Origin: Candidatus Woesebacteria bacterium
Lineage (GTDB): Bacteria > Patescibacteriota > Microgenomatia > UBA8517
Assembly: GCA_016432365.1 (NCBI GenBank)
Contig: CP066686.1
Location: 474,906-538,905, forward strand
Reading direction: 5' to 3'
Length of the DNA stretch: 64,000 bases
The notes beneath the pieces were generated by a model that ran no database searches, was not told where the DNA came from, and was given only the letters and a program-made list of their open reading frames with translations. This document shows, in pieces, positions 9,597 to 19,588 of this stretch (positions within the stretch are counted from its first letter, which is position 1; the number at the start of each line of letters is the position of its first letter). The position numbers and the translations under genes were made by a program.

Positions 9597-10766
9597 ATGA
9601 AAAAACTTTTGGTTTTGGCAATTATTTTGAGGCTTTTGGTAGCAGGATTTTTATTTCATCCGGATATTAAAACTATTGACTTCCAGGCTTCTTTCCTAAA
9701 AAAGGGAGTATTTAATATTTATACCTATCTTGTTGAAAATAAGAAATCCCTTACGCTAAAAGATGATTTTGTGTATTTCCCGTTAACATATTTCTCTTTA
9801 GGTGGATATCAATGGGTCGCGTCGCCATTTCTTGGTAAAGGTTTTGATTCTTGGCTTGCTGATGCCGGTTCGTCAACGGTGGTTGAGAATCCGAACATAT
9901 TTAGATATTTGATAGTACTTAAACTGCCATATTTGGTTTTGGATATCCTAATCGCGTTTCTTTTGATGCAGTTTTTTGAAATCAAGGAGGACAAGCGGAA
10001 AGCTTTCGTCTTTTGGCTATTTAACCCATTTACAATAATTATTATTTATGCCTTTTCCAATATCGATATCTTTTCTGTTGTTCTAACAATCCTGTCGTTT
10101 TTAATGATCAAAAAAGAGAAGTTGTTTTCCGCGTCACTCCTTCTGGGTTTGGCCTCCGGTTTTAAATTATATCCGCTACTTTTTATCCCGTTTTTGTTTT
10201 TGGCTGGAAGGAATTTGAAAGAGAAGATCATTCTTTCCATCACCCCGCTCATTACTTTCGGAATAATAATCTTACCTTTTATTTCTAAGGCATTTTTTCA
10301 ATCAGCGTTAGTTTCGGGACTTACTACGGGTATATTTACATCCGACTTTGCAACACTGGCTCTTTCACTCCTATTTTTTTATGCTGCCCTTTTTGATAAA
10401 AAGATTAACCTGCTTAATTATTGGATTTCTATGTTTTTGATTATTTTTTCCTTTGCACTATTTCATATTCAGTGGCTTCTTTGGGTAGCGCCATTTTTGG
10501 TCATATTGTCCGTAAAGAAACCTGAATATTCTTGGTTGTTATTCCTTTTTGGAATAATCGCCTTTGCAATACCGGCTCTTTTCCAGGATAGATATATGAC
10601 AATTTCATTATTTAGGATTTATAGTGTTTGGTTTGACATGCTTCCTACGCCTTTCACTTTTATACAAAAAGTCTACGACCCGGTTAACATCCAGACGGTC
10701 TTTCATTCGATTCTGGCCGCAGGAAGCTTGGTTATGACATATAAGATTTTTAAAGAAGATGAATAA
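9597..10766 (+). CDS. DUF2029/GT87-like polytopic membrane glycosyltransferase candidate, 389 aa
   Basis: ATG at 9597. Motif GLASGFKLYPLLFIPFLFL. Paralog of 6490..7842. Confidence 0.45.
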   Translation: MKKLLVLAIILRLLVAGFLFHPDIKTIDFQASFLKKGVFNIYTYLVENKKSLTLKDDFVYFPLTYFSLGGYQWVASPFLGKGFDSWLADAGSSTVVENPNIFRYLIVLKLPYLVLDILIAFLLMQFFEIKEDKRKAFVFWLFNPFTIIIIYAFSNIDIFSVVLTILSFLMIKKEKLFSASLLLGLASGFKLYPLLFIPFLFLAGRNLKEKIILSITPLITFGIIILPFISKAFFQSALVSGLTTGIFTSDFATLALSLLFFYAALFDKKINLLNYWISMFLIIFSFALFHIQWLLWVAPFLVILSVKKPEYSWLLFLFGIIAFAIPALFQDRYMTISLFRIYSVWFDMLPTPFTFIQKVYDPVNIQTVFHSILAAGSLVMTYKIFKEDE

Positions 10767-10808
10767 GCACGGCTTGTAAATGTTATTTAAATATTGAAAT
10801 AAGAATTT

Positions 10809-11414
10809 ATGAATAAACTAATTTGGTTCACAACTTCGGCGATTCTGTTCTTGGTATTTTTATTCCCTGCGGTTCTTGCATTTGGAATCAAATTAATTCC
10901 AAATGGGGATCAGCCGGGGTATATTTCCGATCAGCGGTTGGGCGTTTACGGTATCCGCGACATTTCGCAAAAATTTACATCAGAAAAAGCAAATCTTTCG
11001 GCCATCGGGACGTCGGTAAGGAATCCAAATCTCCAAAACAAAAAGGATATTACTCTCACTTTATTTGATGAAAAAATGAATATTGTCAGGACGACGACCA
11101 TTAATGGTCGAAATGTAGAGGATGGAAATTTTATAAAGTTTGTTTTTGATCCCATCCCGGATTCAAAAAATAAAACCTACATTTTTACTCTGGCTTCTCC
11201 CGATGCGGGGCCGGGTGAAACGATCGAAATTTTTTACATTGAAAATGACCGACCGGGGCAGACGATGCCAAGCTGGATTGTGGAATACACATACGACAAA
11301 AAAGTACACAATGGCGGACTTCCCATTACTCTCTATTTTAAACCCGTAAGTAAAATGGATGTTATTAAAGAAATCTATGGCGATTTGTTTTTACGACTTC
11401 TAAGTAATCGATGA
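10809..11414 (+). CDS. Hypothetical N-terminally membrane-anchored or secreted protein, 201 aa
   Basis: ATG at 10809. Single N-terminal hydrophobic segment followed by a soluble domain. No recognisable motifs. Confidence 0.35.
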   Translation: MNKLIWFTTSAILFLVFLFPAVLAFGIKLIPNGDQPGYISDQRLGVYGIRDISQKFTSEKANLSAIGTSVRNPNLQNKKDITLTLFDEKMNIVRTTTINGRNVEDGNFIKFVFDPIPDSKNKTYIFTLASPDAGPGETIEIFYIENDRPGQTMPSWIVEYTYDKKVHNGGLPITLYFKPVSKMDVIKEIYGDLFLRLLSNR

Positions 11415-13165
11415 ATAGCTTCAAAAGAATATTTTTAGTTGTGATCGGTCTGGTGGCTATGACGGCTTGGGCAGGAAAAGGCTTATTTAAATATTCAATA
11501 TATCAAACTCATGATTTAGACCACCATCTTGTTAGGACTCTAGATGCAGTTGCCACCCTTAAAGAAGGAGCTTTTCCTTTGAGATGGGCGGGGATATTGA
11601 ATTTTGAGTGCGGAACACCAATTTATAATTTTTTTAATCCTCTTTTTTACTATATTTCGGCAAGTCTAACGTTTGTAACAGGAAATATTATGAATTCTAT
11701 AAAAATAATTAGTTTATTGTCGTTATTTATGGGGAGCCTGTTTTTCTTTTTGTGGTTAAAAAATGAAACAAAAGATTGGTTGGTGTCGTTTGTGGGATCA
11801 CTTTTATATTTGTATGCACCCTATAAATTTTCACTGATTTATGTCAGGGGGAGTCCTGAATATCTGGCTTATGCGATTCTTCCTGCTGTTTTTTATTTTT
11901 ATTCATTAGCCATTGGTAGTAAAAAAAACCGATATGTGTTGTATCTGTTTCTGGCCTCCGTTTCGGGTGGCTTGTTAAGTATCGCTCATAATGTTGTTTT
12001 TCTGTTGGGCCTATCTGTAATAACCGTATATTTAGTGACTAAAGTTTTGTTAAAACAAGTTAAAGAGAAAAAAGAAATTATTTTACTGATATTTTCGTAT
12101 TTAAGTATTATCGGTTTTGGAGCCTTTTTTATTTTTCCTGCATTACTTGAAGAGAAATTTACACAGATCGGTATACCTGTATTTTTCTATAAAGATCACT
12201 TTCCTATTTTATCTCAACTTCTGTATTCGCCGTGGGGATATGGCGATTCGGCAATTGGGACAAAATTAGACGGCATGTCGTTTCAGATAGGACTTGCACA
12301 GTGGATAGTTCTGGTCGTGGCATTAGTATATTTAGCGTGTCGGATATATCTTTCAAAATTTAGACTTAACCGAAAATTTATTTTAGATAACATATGGATT
12401 ATCGTGTTCTCCACATTGTCGTTGTTGTTTATATTTATTGATCTGCCGTCGTCCGGATTCATATGGGAAAAAATAACCATTTTACAGGCGATACAATTTC
12501 CCTGGAGGGTATTGGGAATAATAATATTTGTTTTAAGCGCCGTTTTCGCGTTTGTAGTTTCAAGAATAAAATATAGACCGCTCTACTATTTAATTATATT
12601 GGTAATTCCGTTTCTGGCTTTAATTGCAAACCGGAATTATCTTTTGCCTCAACCCGTATATCAAAAAACTCTTATTTATTATGAAAATCTGAGCACGCTG
12701 AATTACAGCCATAACTCTGTCACACAGTTTCAGGATAATGTGCTCCCTTTAGGAAAATTGGCACAGTGTTCTTCCAAAACACCGGTCGCGTTAACCGACA
12801 CTGGTAAAATTGTTCAAAATAAAGAGATAAAAAGGGGGAGTACATACGGATCCTTAATGCTAACGATTGGAAAAAAAGATATTTTAGGTCAAAAAATAAT
12901 ATTAAATTTGGACTATTTTCCCGGTGTTTTTGCCTTTACTCTAAATGGAAAAACTCAAGTTTACTCCGATTGTGAAGGAAGAGTCTGTCTTGCCGTAAAT
13001 GACTTTATTGAGGGTGATAACGTGATTAGTTGGAATGTCGTTCAGTCTAAAATAGAGCGTTTGTTTAATGCCGTCACGTTGACGTTTATTGTTTTGTGGT
13101 TAATAATTATTGTGTATTTTTGTATCCCAAATTTCCACACTCTGGTTTTGAAAGATCATAGATAA
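11411..13165 (+). CDS. YfhO-like GT-C membrane protein paralog, 584 aa
   Basis: ATG at 11411 (ATGA overlap). Motifs THDLDHHLVRTLD, AIQFPWRVL and LDYFPGVFAFTLNGKTQVY. Confidence 0.55.
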   Translation: MNSFKRIFLVVIGLVAMTAWAGKGLFKYSIYQTHDLDHHLVRTLDAVATLKEGAFPLRWAGILNFECGTPIYNFFNPLFYYISASLTFVTGNIMNSIKIISLLSLFMGSLFFFLWLKNETKDWLVSFVGSLLYLYAPYKFSLIYVRGSPEYLAYAILPAVFYFYSLAIGSKKNRYVLYLFLASVSGGLLSIAHNVVFLLGLSVITVYLVTKVLLKQVKEKKEIILLIFSYLSIIGFGAFFIFPALLEEKFTQIGIPVFFYKDHFPILSQLLYSPWGYGDSAIGTKLDGMSFQIGLAQWIVLVVALVYLACRIYLSKFRLNRKFILDNIWIIVFSTLSLLFIFIDLPSSGFIWEKITILQAIQFPWRVLGIIIFVLSAVFAFVVSRIKYRPLYYLIILVIPFLALIANRNYLLPQPVYQKTLIYYENLSTLNYSHNSVTQFQDNVLPLGKLAQCSSKTPVALTDTGKIVQNKEIKRGSTYGSLMLTIGKKDILGQKIILNLDYFPGVFAFTLNGKTQVYSDCEGRVCLAVNDFIEGDNVISWNVVQSKIERLFNAVTLTFIVLWLIIIVYFCIPNFHTLVLKDHR

Positions 13166-15004
13166 ACCGATTTTATTCAGGTCAACTTTTGGTTTTTCTG
13201 ATAAAGGGAAATAAACTAGATTAGCATTTGTTTTGGCCAAAGCGGCTTTAACTTCGGTGCTGTTATCGCTTTCAAATATTATCTTTTTTATCTCCAGTTT
13301 CGGTTTGTAATCATACCCCATGATGTCTGCTTGTTCGTAATCGTCCATATAAGTTCTTCGCGCTGACAGCGCAGCGATATATGATGTGTCGAACCAGTCC
13401 CAGATATTTGGTATTGAGTCACCCAAGTTCAGATATTGGTTATATGGTGGGGTTACAATAACACTATCAATAGGAGTATTTTCCTTTACAAATTTTAGAG
13501 CGGCCAGTTCCTGTTTGGTAATTTGAGCAAAAGGGGTTCTGGGATGATTTGGTGGTCCGTAGAACTCATTTAAAAGCCCGGCTTGAGTAGGAATTATTGC
13601 CAAAATCATTAAAACGGTAACTATGACACGTGTCAATGTTTTGGCATTTGATAGCATTTGCGCAGTTGTTATTCCTGCCAATATTCCAAAAAGTAATACA
13701 AAGTATTGCAAAAATTGGCCGGTATTGCTGGCAACGCCTTTTTGCAAGAATAGTAATGGTAGTATTAAAGAAATAACGATAATAAGTACAAACATTAAAT
13801 TGAAATAATTTTTTAAAGAATTTTTTGACATTTTGACCATGTCCCAAAGCCCGAGGAAACGCATCCCAAGATTACCGAAAAAGAATATCAAAAATGCCGT
13901 CACTTCAAGTTGAATTACTCTTAAATAAGAAGTAATTCTACCGACCGAAATATATGTTTGACGTCTAAGTTCCCAGTCGATCAAATTGAGTCGTGATGGT
14001 TCAACGACCATTGTTCTTATATACCACCAAGGTTGGAATATCAAAAAAGAGGTCGAGCCGGAGGAATTTGGGAAATACAAAAGTGCCGCCAATATCCCAC
14101 TGAAAAAAGTTATCAAAAGTAATCCGAAGTCATGATCTCTGATTAATTGCCAAAGACCGGCTATTCCTAGGGCACCCAGGAGGACTACACCTGCATATAT
14201 TTTGAAAGCGGAAATGGTTCCTATTAGAAGTACACAAATTGAAAACATCAATTTACTTTTCTTTTTTTGCAAATATGTGATTAAAAAATAGAGGGAAGTT
14301 AAGAGGAGAAAATTTGAAACAATTTGAGGCGGATTTCCGCTTGAACTTTGAGGTTGTGTCGCCCAAAAAATACTTTCTCCACCGATTGTTTTGTTTTTTA
14401 AGTAGGTGACGATAAATCCAAAGCTCCCTGCAAAGTATGTAAAGACAGTCGCCCAGACAGAAGCACTAATATTATTTGTGATTTTTCTGGTTAGATAAAA
14501 AGCTGAGGCACCAAGGAATATTGAATAAATTAACGGAAATATCCTGAAATATAAATCAAGATCCGAAATTGGTAGATACTTGGAAACCATAGCAGGGGCG
14601 ATGTCGGAGAAAAAGTGGTAGTTAACAAGTTTCTCACCCGCAAATGACGGGTCTTGAAAGGGGTATCCTTTTTTGAATTCTTCCATAAGAGCTATATGCC
14701 ACACACCGTCGTGACCGTGAGCCGACCAAAAAACCAAATTGCCGTTTTGGAAAACACCGCTTGGGGAAATTACTGCAAGTTGTCCTAAAATTCCAATGAC
14801 AAAAACAGCCAAAATCAGCCAAGTTTGCGCGTTCCACCTGAATTTGATCTGTCTAACCGTTCCGACTAACGACCTGTATGCAAAAACTACTCCGAGAACG
14901 GTAAATGGAATGATTAAAAAGGGGACATTTAAAACTATCAAAACATAGGAGATCAAAGTGAAAGCGACAAAACCTACAATGCTTCCCATTAGTATTTTCT
15001 CCAT
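13100..15004 (-). CDS. Polytopic membrane protein, GT-C-like (GVWH family paralog of 7839..9485), 634 aa
   Basis: ATG (plus-strand CAT at 15002..15004). Motifs HDGVWHIALMEEF, LVNYHFFSD and IFWATQPQSSSGNPP. Its 3' end overlaps the convergent gene 11411..13165 by 66 nt. Confidence 0.45.
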   Translation of the reverse strand: MEKILMGSIVGFVAFTLISYVLIVLNVPFLIIPFTVLGVVFAYRSLVGTVRQIKFRWNAQTWLILAVFVIGILGQLAVISPSGVFQNGNLVFWSAHGHDGVWHIALMEEFKKGYPFQDPSFAGEKLVNYHFFSDIAPAMVSKYLPISDLDLYFRIFPLIYSIFLGASAFYLTRKITNNISASVWATVFTYFAGSFGFIVTYLKNKTIGGESIFWATQPQSSSGNPPQIVSNFLLLTSLYFLITYLQKKKSKLMFSICVLLIGTISAFKIYAGVVLLGALGIAGLWQLIRDHDFGLLLITFFSGILAALLYFPNSSGSTSFLIFQPWWYIRTMVVEPSRLNLIDWELRRQTYISVGRITSYLRVIQLEVTAFLIFFFGNLGMRFLGLWDMVKMSKNSLKNYFNLMFVLIIVISLILPLLFLQKGVASNTGQFLQYFVLLFGILAGITTAQMLSNAKTLTRVIVTVLMILAIIPTQAGLLNEFYGPPNHPRTPFAQITKQELAALKFVKENTPIDSVIVTPPYNQYLNLGDSIPNIWDWFDTSYIAALSARRTYMDDYEQADIMGYDYKPKLEIKKIIFESDNSTEVKAALAKTNANLVYFPLSEKPKVDLNKIGLSMIFQNQSVEIWDTKIHNNY

Positions 15005-15024
15005 TGCTAAATTATAATGGTTAT

Positions 15025-16443
15025 ATGGCCCGTAAATCCATTCTTGTTCTTCTCGGAATAGTTATCATGGGATTGTTTCTCAGGGTTTATAGAATAACAG
15101 AGCTTCCAATGTACGGTGATGAATTGACAATCGCATTGGACACCTATTCCATAATGAAAACCGGTATGGATTCCACTGGTACAAAGCTACCCGTCACATT
15201 TCAAATGGGGTCGGGGCGCCCCGGGGGATATATATATGCCTCGGTTCCTTTTGTTTATATCTTTGGTCCCACAGAGTGGGGGGTACGAAGTCTTTCAATA
15301 CTGTCTTCGTTGGGAATAATGCTCCTGATGTATTTTTTGGGAAAGAAGTTGTTTGATGAAAAAATTGGGTTGATTGCGAGTTTTATCACCTCGATTTCAC
15401 TTTGGGACATTTATCTTGCAAGAGGTGGTTTTGAGGCGCATTTTGCCCTATTTTTGGCCCTTTTTGGCATAGTATCCTACCTTTACGGAAAGTATATCCC
15501 TTGGGCTGTTGCTTGGGGACTCACAATCTTTACATACCCCACCTTTAAACTGACCCTGCCATTGATGTTTTTAGTTTTAATTTGGTTTGGTGAATTTAAA
15601 AAAGTAATAAAAAATAAATTTTTCATCATCTCGGTTATTATCCTGGCTGTTTTTGGCGGTTTGGCGATTAACGAGACATTTAAAGGGTTAAGTGAACAAC
15701 GGTTTTTAACAATAAATATATTATCTGATATAAATAACCGGGAACAGATAATTCAGCTGAATAACGCAGAAAGGACATTCTCGACACTTCCTGTATTTCT
15801 GAAGCCTGTTTTTTTCAATAAGCCATTTGAATATGCCCACATTCTCTTGGATAGTTATGGAGAAAACTTATCACCGAGTTTTTTGTATTTAAGAGGAGAT
15901 CGTAATCCGGTACATAACCCAGGAGAATGGGGGATGTTTTATTTAGCCGAGCTTCCCCTTCTTATAATTGGGTTAATTATCCTTTGGAATAGAGAAAAGA
16001 GAAAATTAATTTTGATTGGATTGTGGATTCTGATTACCCCACTTGCAACCATGCTTCTGGGCCAGACTCACGGATTACGGAATGCTCTGATGCTCCCTCC
16101 TTTTATTCTATTAGCCTCATTTGCGCTTTCGAACCTTCCAAGAAAACTAACATATTTTTTTGTTGCAGTTATATTAATTCAGTCGGTTTTTGTGCTTCAA
16201 AGAGTCTATTTTTTGGCGCCCGGTAAATTTGCCTCATTTTGGTCTTCCGAAGCTAAAATCAAATCTTTGTCGGCAATGAGTGATAAAGACAGTGGCAAAG
16301 TGATTACCTTATCAACTAAAAAGATTGACAATATTGAGTACGCATATGAAGTCTATGCAAAAATCGACCCAAATTTAGTTATTAAGCAATACGGAATCTT
16401 TCCGAAAATCTATGGAAACGTGAGAATAGACAATGCTAAATAA
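15025..16443 (+). CDS. PMT/ArnT-type (GT39/GT83-like, PMT_2) GT-C glycosyltransferase, ~472 aa
   Basis: Track ORF begins at a TTG at 15004. The first ATG is 15025 (MARKS...). Motif MYGDELTIALDTYSIMKTG in the first loop. Profile similar to 17918..19588. Confidence 0.5.
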   Translation: MARKSILVLLGIVIMGLFLRVYRITELPMYGDELTIALDTYSIMKTGMDSTGTKLPVTFQMGSGRPGGYIYASVPFVYIFGPTEWGVRSLSILSSLGIMLLMYFLGKKLFDEKIGLIASFITSISLWDIYLARGGFEAHFALFLALFGIVSYLYGKYIPWAVAWGLTIFTYPTFKLTLPLMFLVLIWFGEFKKVIKNKFFIISVIILAVFGGLAINETFKGLSEQRFLTINILSDINNREQIIQLNNAERTFSTLPVFLKPVFFNKPFEYAHILLDSYGENLSPSFLYLRGDRNPVHNPGEWGMFYLAELPLLIIGLIILWNREKRKLILIGLWILITPLATMLLGQTHGLRNALMLPPFILLASFALSNLPRKLTYFFVAVILIQSVFVLQRVYFLAPGKFASFWSSEAKIKSLSAMSDKDSGKVITLSTKKIDNIEYAYEVYAKIDPNLVIKQYGIFPKIYGNVRIDNAK

Positions 16444-17902
16444 ACTACCCCTTTTTAAAACGGCCCTTTTTTTAATAGTTTTGATATTTACCTTTATTCT
16501 TCGAGCCCACAATTATGAAAGAGTTCCCACCTCTAACCACCTGGATGAACAATTGTATGCTTGGAGCGGAATAAATTTAGTTGAAACGGGGATACCTGTC
16601 TCATGGTCAACGCTTCCGTACCCAGTCCGCTCTGAAGTGTATAAGGGAGAGGTCAATTATAAGGGCGGATCTCCCAGGGCGTCGGTGACTCTTTATAAAC
16701 CATGGCTTGATGAACCGCCACTTTTTTCGCTTATAGTGGGTTGGTTTGCTCATTTATATGGAGCCAACAGGAATGACTTTATCCCGTCTTCGTATATAAG
16801 AATACCCACGGTTTTAATAAGCACGCTTACGTCAATATTTATTTTTCTGATTGCGAAAAAAATCGGAGGGTTTTGGAGGGGGATCCTGGCAATGCTTATT
16901 TATGGAACAGTGCCGATTATGGTTTTTGCTGCAAGACTGGCGATGCCGGAGACTCTGATTGCGTTTTTATTAACTCTTACCGTCTACCTTCTTATGCTAT
17001 TTTGGCAAAAACCAAATTTTTGGTACATTGCGCCGATACCTTTAGTTGCCGGTATTGCGGGACTATCTAAACCTACCGGTTATTTACTTATCCTACTGGC
17101 CTTGTATTTTACATTCGAAAAACTCTACAAAATTGGCAAAACCAAAACGGCTATTAAGTATTGTTTGTATCTGATTATATCCTGCATTCCTTTTATTGTT
17201 GCGTTTTTTCTATACGGTATGCATTACGATGCGGAGATTTTTAAAATTATTTACGGTGTTCAATCTCAACGTCCTACGGGGTTTGGAAGTTTAGCGTGGT
17301 ATTTTATTACACCGGGCGTTGATACTGTGGTACTACGCGACAGTTGGTTTGTGTTTTGTTTAATATCTGCCGTTTATTTTATCTTTACTGCAAAAGAAGG
17401 TATTCAACGGTTTGTTACAATCCCCTTTATCTTCTCGGTTGCTGTTGTAATGTTTACAGGAGGGGAAAGCGACCTCCTTGCTTGGTACAGATACCCCAGT
17501 TATCCGTTTTTGGCGATTTTGGGGGCTTGGGGAATAGAGTACTTGGTTAAGCGTGCCGATTTTTTTACCACTTTTTTTGCAGCCGGAATGTTATTGGGCA
17601 ACAGGATGCTTCTTGTTAACGCCTTTAGGCCCAGGGTTGAGACGTTAACATATAGAGTTGTTTTTTCATCATTAATGCTTCCGTCTTTGGCTGATACCAT
17701 TTTGAATAGGGACTGGATTAAAGCGATATCCCGCCTGATTATTGTGGTGATAGTTGCTACCGGAATATGGTTTAATATTAAATATATTTACAATGCTTAT
17801 GAACTCGAGTGCCAAAGTAAAACATGTCCAATGGTTCCAACAACCCCGCTATCAAGGATGTATTTTCCATTTTTTTGGCACTTTTTGGTCTTGGAAAAAT
17901 AG
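16433..17902 (+). CDS. PMT/ArnT-type GT-C glycosyltransferase paralog, 489 aa
   Basis: ATG at 16433. Motif NHLDEQLYAWSGINLVETG. Multi-TM. Confidence 0.5.
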   Translation: MLNKLPLFKTALFLIVLIFTFILRAHNYERVPTSNHLDEQLYAWSGINLVETGIPVSWSTLPYPVRSEVYKGEVNYKGGSPRASVTLYKPWLDEPPLFSLIVGWFAHLYGANRNDFIPSSYIRIPTVLISTLTSIFIFLIAKKIGGFWRGILAMLIYGTVPIMVFAARLAMPETLIAFLLTLTVYLLMLFWQKPNFWYIAPIPLVAGIAGLSKPTGYLLILLALYFTFEKLYKIGKTKTAIKYCLYLIISCIPFIVAFFLYGMHYDAEIFKIIYGVQSQRPTGFGSLAWYFITPGVDTVVLRDSWFVFCLISAVYFIFTAKEGIQRFVTIPFIFSVAVVMFTGGESDLLAWYRYPSYPFLAILGAWGIEYLVKRADFFTTFFAAGMLLGNRMLLVNAFRPRVETLTYRVVFSSLMLPSLADTILNRDWIKAISRLIIVVIVATGIWFNIKYIYNAYELECQSKTCPMVPTTPLSRMYFPFFWHFLVLEK

Positions 17903-17917
17903 TATCATAAATAATTC

Positions 17918-19588
17918 ATGATTAAGATAATGAAGAACAAAATCACATTAATCTCATTGGTGCTGATTGTTCTTCTGGGTTTTGGTTTGAGGTTCTATAA
18001 AGTCACTTCAGTCCCCCCCGCACTTAATTGGGATGAGGTTTCGATTGGTTACAATGCGTATTCAATTCTCAAAAACGGTAGAGACGAGTGGGGTAAATTT
18101 ATGCCGTTCCATTTTAAAGCTTATGGTGAATATAAACTTCCGGCTCAGATTTATGCCTCAATTCCGGGAATCGCGATATTTGGTTTGAATGAGTTTGGTG
18201 TAAGGATTACACCGGCTGTTTATGGTGCCTTAACTGTTTTATTCCTGTTTTTTTTGACAAGAGAATTGTTTGAAAATGAATGGGTTGGTCTTACATCCTC
18301 ACTACTCCTGGCAATATCTCCTTGGCATATTCAACTGACGAGGGCTTCGTTTGAATCTAGTTTTTCCGTCTTTTGGGTTGTAATTGGCGCATGGCTTTTT
18401 GCTCGGGGTTTTAAACAAAAAAAATATTGGCTATGGTCATTATTCCCATTCGTTATTTCAATTTATACATATAACGCCGCCAGAGTCTTTACCCCACTGT
18501 TTCTGATCGTACTTTTTCTGATTTACAGAAAGAGTCTTTTGAAGGATGTGAAGATATTTATTCTTGGTATTTTAATATTTGCCGTATTAATGATTCCGCT
18601 TGCCGTTTTTATTATAAGTGGCCAAGCAACCGCCAGGCTTAAGCTTGTAAGCATTACAGACGATCCCGGTTTTGTGCAAAGGGTGAATCAGGCAAGAGGC
18701 AGTACTCACTTTCCTGAGCCCTTGCCGCGCCTCATTCATAACAAAGTTACGCATTATGTTTATGTGTTTACAGGAAATTATCTGAGCCACTTTACTCCCG
18801 ATTTTCTTTTTATTAATGGCGCAGGGCATAAACAACATCACATTCAAGGGATTGGGGAACTTTATGCAATTCAGGCTCCGTTTATCTTAATTGGCCTGTA
18901 CTTCATTTTTAGAAGTAAAAATAAATGGAGATGGCTTCTTACTTCTTGGCTAATTTTGGTATTTATCCCTGTCGCGGCAACTGTAGATAGTATTCCGAAT
19001 GCTCTAAGAACAATTCTGGCGATTATTCCTTATCAGATATTTACAGCACTTGGTTTCTACGAAACATTCATATTTTTCAAGAGGAGAAGATATTTGAGTT
19101 GGATAATTGTTGCGATTTCGGCAATATTCTTGCTGATTGGTTTTAAAGGTTATTTGAACAATTATTATAATAATTACCCTGTGTTTTATTCCCGTGATTG
19201 GCAATATGGTTACAGACAAGTTGCGTCTTTCGTAAAAGATAATTACCAAAATTACGATTTAATTGTTTTCAGTCGGGCTTATGGCGAACCCCATATGTTT
19301 ACCCTCTTTTTTCTAAACTGGAACCCGGGAAGTTATCAAAATGATCCAAATCTTGATCGCTTTGAAGCCTATCAGTGGATATGGGTTTTGAAGTTTGATA
19401 AGTTTTACTTTCCCGATCTGGGAGATTCCGGTACCCGTTATCAGGATATTGTGAATGCCAATCCGGGGAAGAGGATGTTGTTTATTGGTAAACAGGGAGA
19501 CTTTCCCGATAATTTGCCTAGGCTTTTAATAGTCGATTTCCTTAATGGCAATCGGGCTTTTGAAGTTGTAGAAAAAAATGCGAAATAA
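17918..19588 (+). CDS. PMT/ArnT-type GT-C glycosyltransferase paralog, 556 aa
   Basis: ATG at 17918. Motifs LNWDEVSIGYNAYSILKNGRDEWG and FLTRELF...ISPWHIQLTRASFE. Confidence 0.55.
   Translation: MIKIMKNKITLISLVLIVLLGFGLRFYKVTSVPPALNWDEVSIGYNAYSILKNGRDEWGKFMPFHFKAYGEYKLPAQIYASIPGIAIFGLNEFGVRITPAVYGALTVLFLFFLTRELFENEWVGLTSSLLLAISPWHIQLTRASFESSFSVFWVVIGAWLFARGFKQKKYWLWSLFPFVISIYTYNAARVFTPLFLIVLFLIYRKSLLKDVKIFILGILIFAVLMIPLAVFIISGQATARLKLVSITDDPGFVQRVNQARGSTHFPEPLPRLIHNKVTHYVYVFTGNYLSHFTPDFLFINGAGHKQHHIQGIGELYAIQAPFILIGLYFIFRSKNKWRWLLTSWLILVFIPVAATVDSIPNALRTILAIIPYQIFTALGFYETFIFFKRRRYLSWIIVAISAIFLLIGFKGYLNNYYNNYPVFYSRDWQYGYRQVASFVKDNYQNYDLIVFSRAYGEPHMFTLFFLNWNPGSYQNDPNLDRFEAYQWIWVLKFDKFYFPDLGDSGTRYQDIVNANPGKRMLFIGKQGDFPDNLPRLLIVDFLNGNRAFEVVEKNAK

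Noticed and set aside
7839-15004. The inverted paralog pair 7839..9485 (+) and 13100..15004 (-) flanking a ~3.6-kb segment, considered as a recombination-invertible cassette.
   Set aside because: The paralogs are only about 35% identical at protein level by eye, far too diverged to support homologous recombination or inversion.
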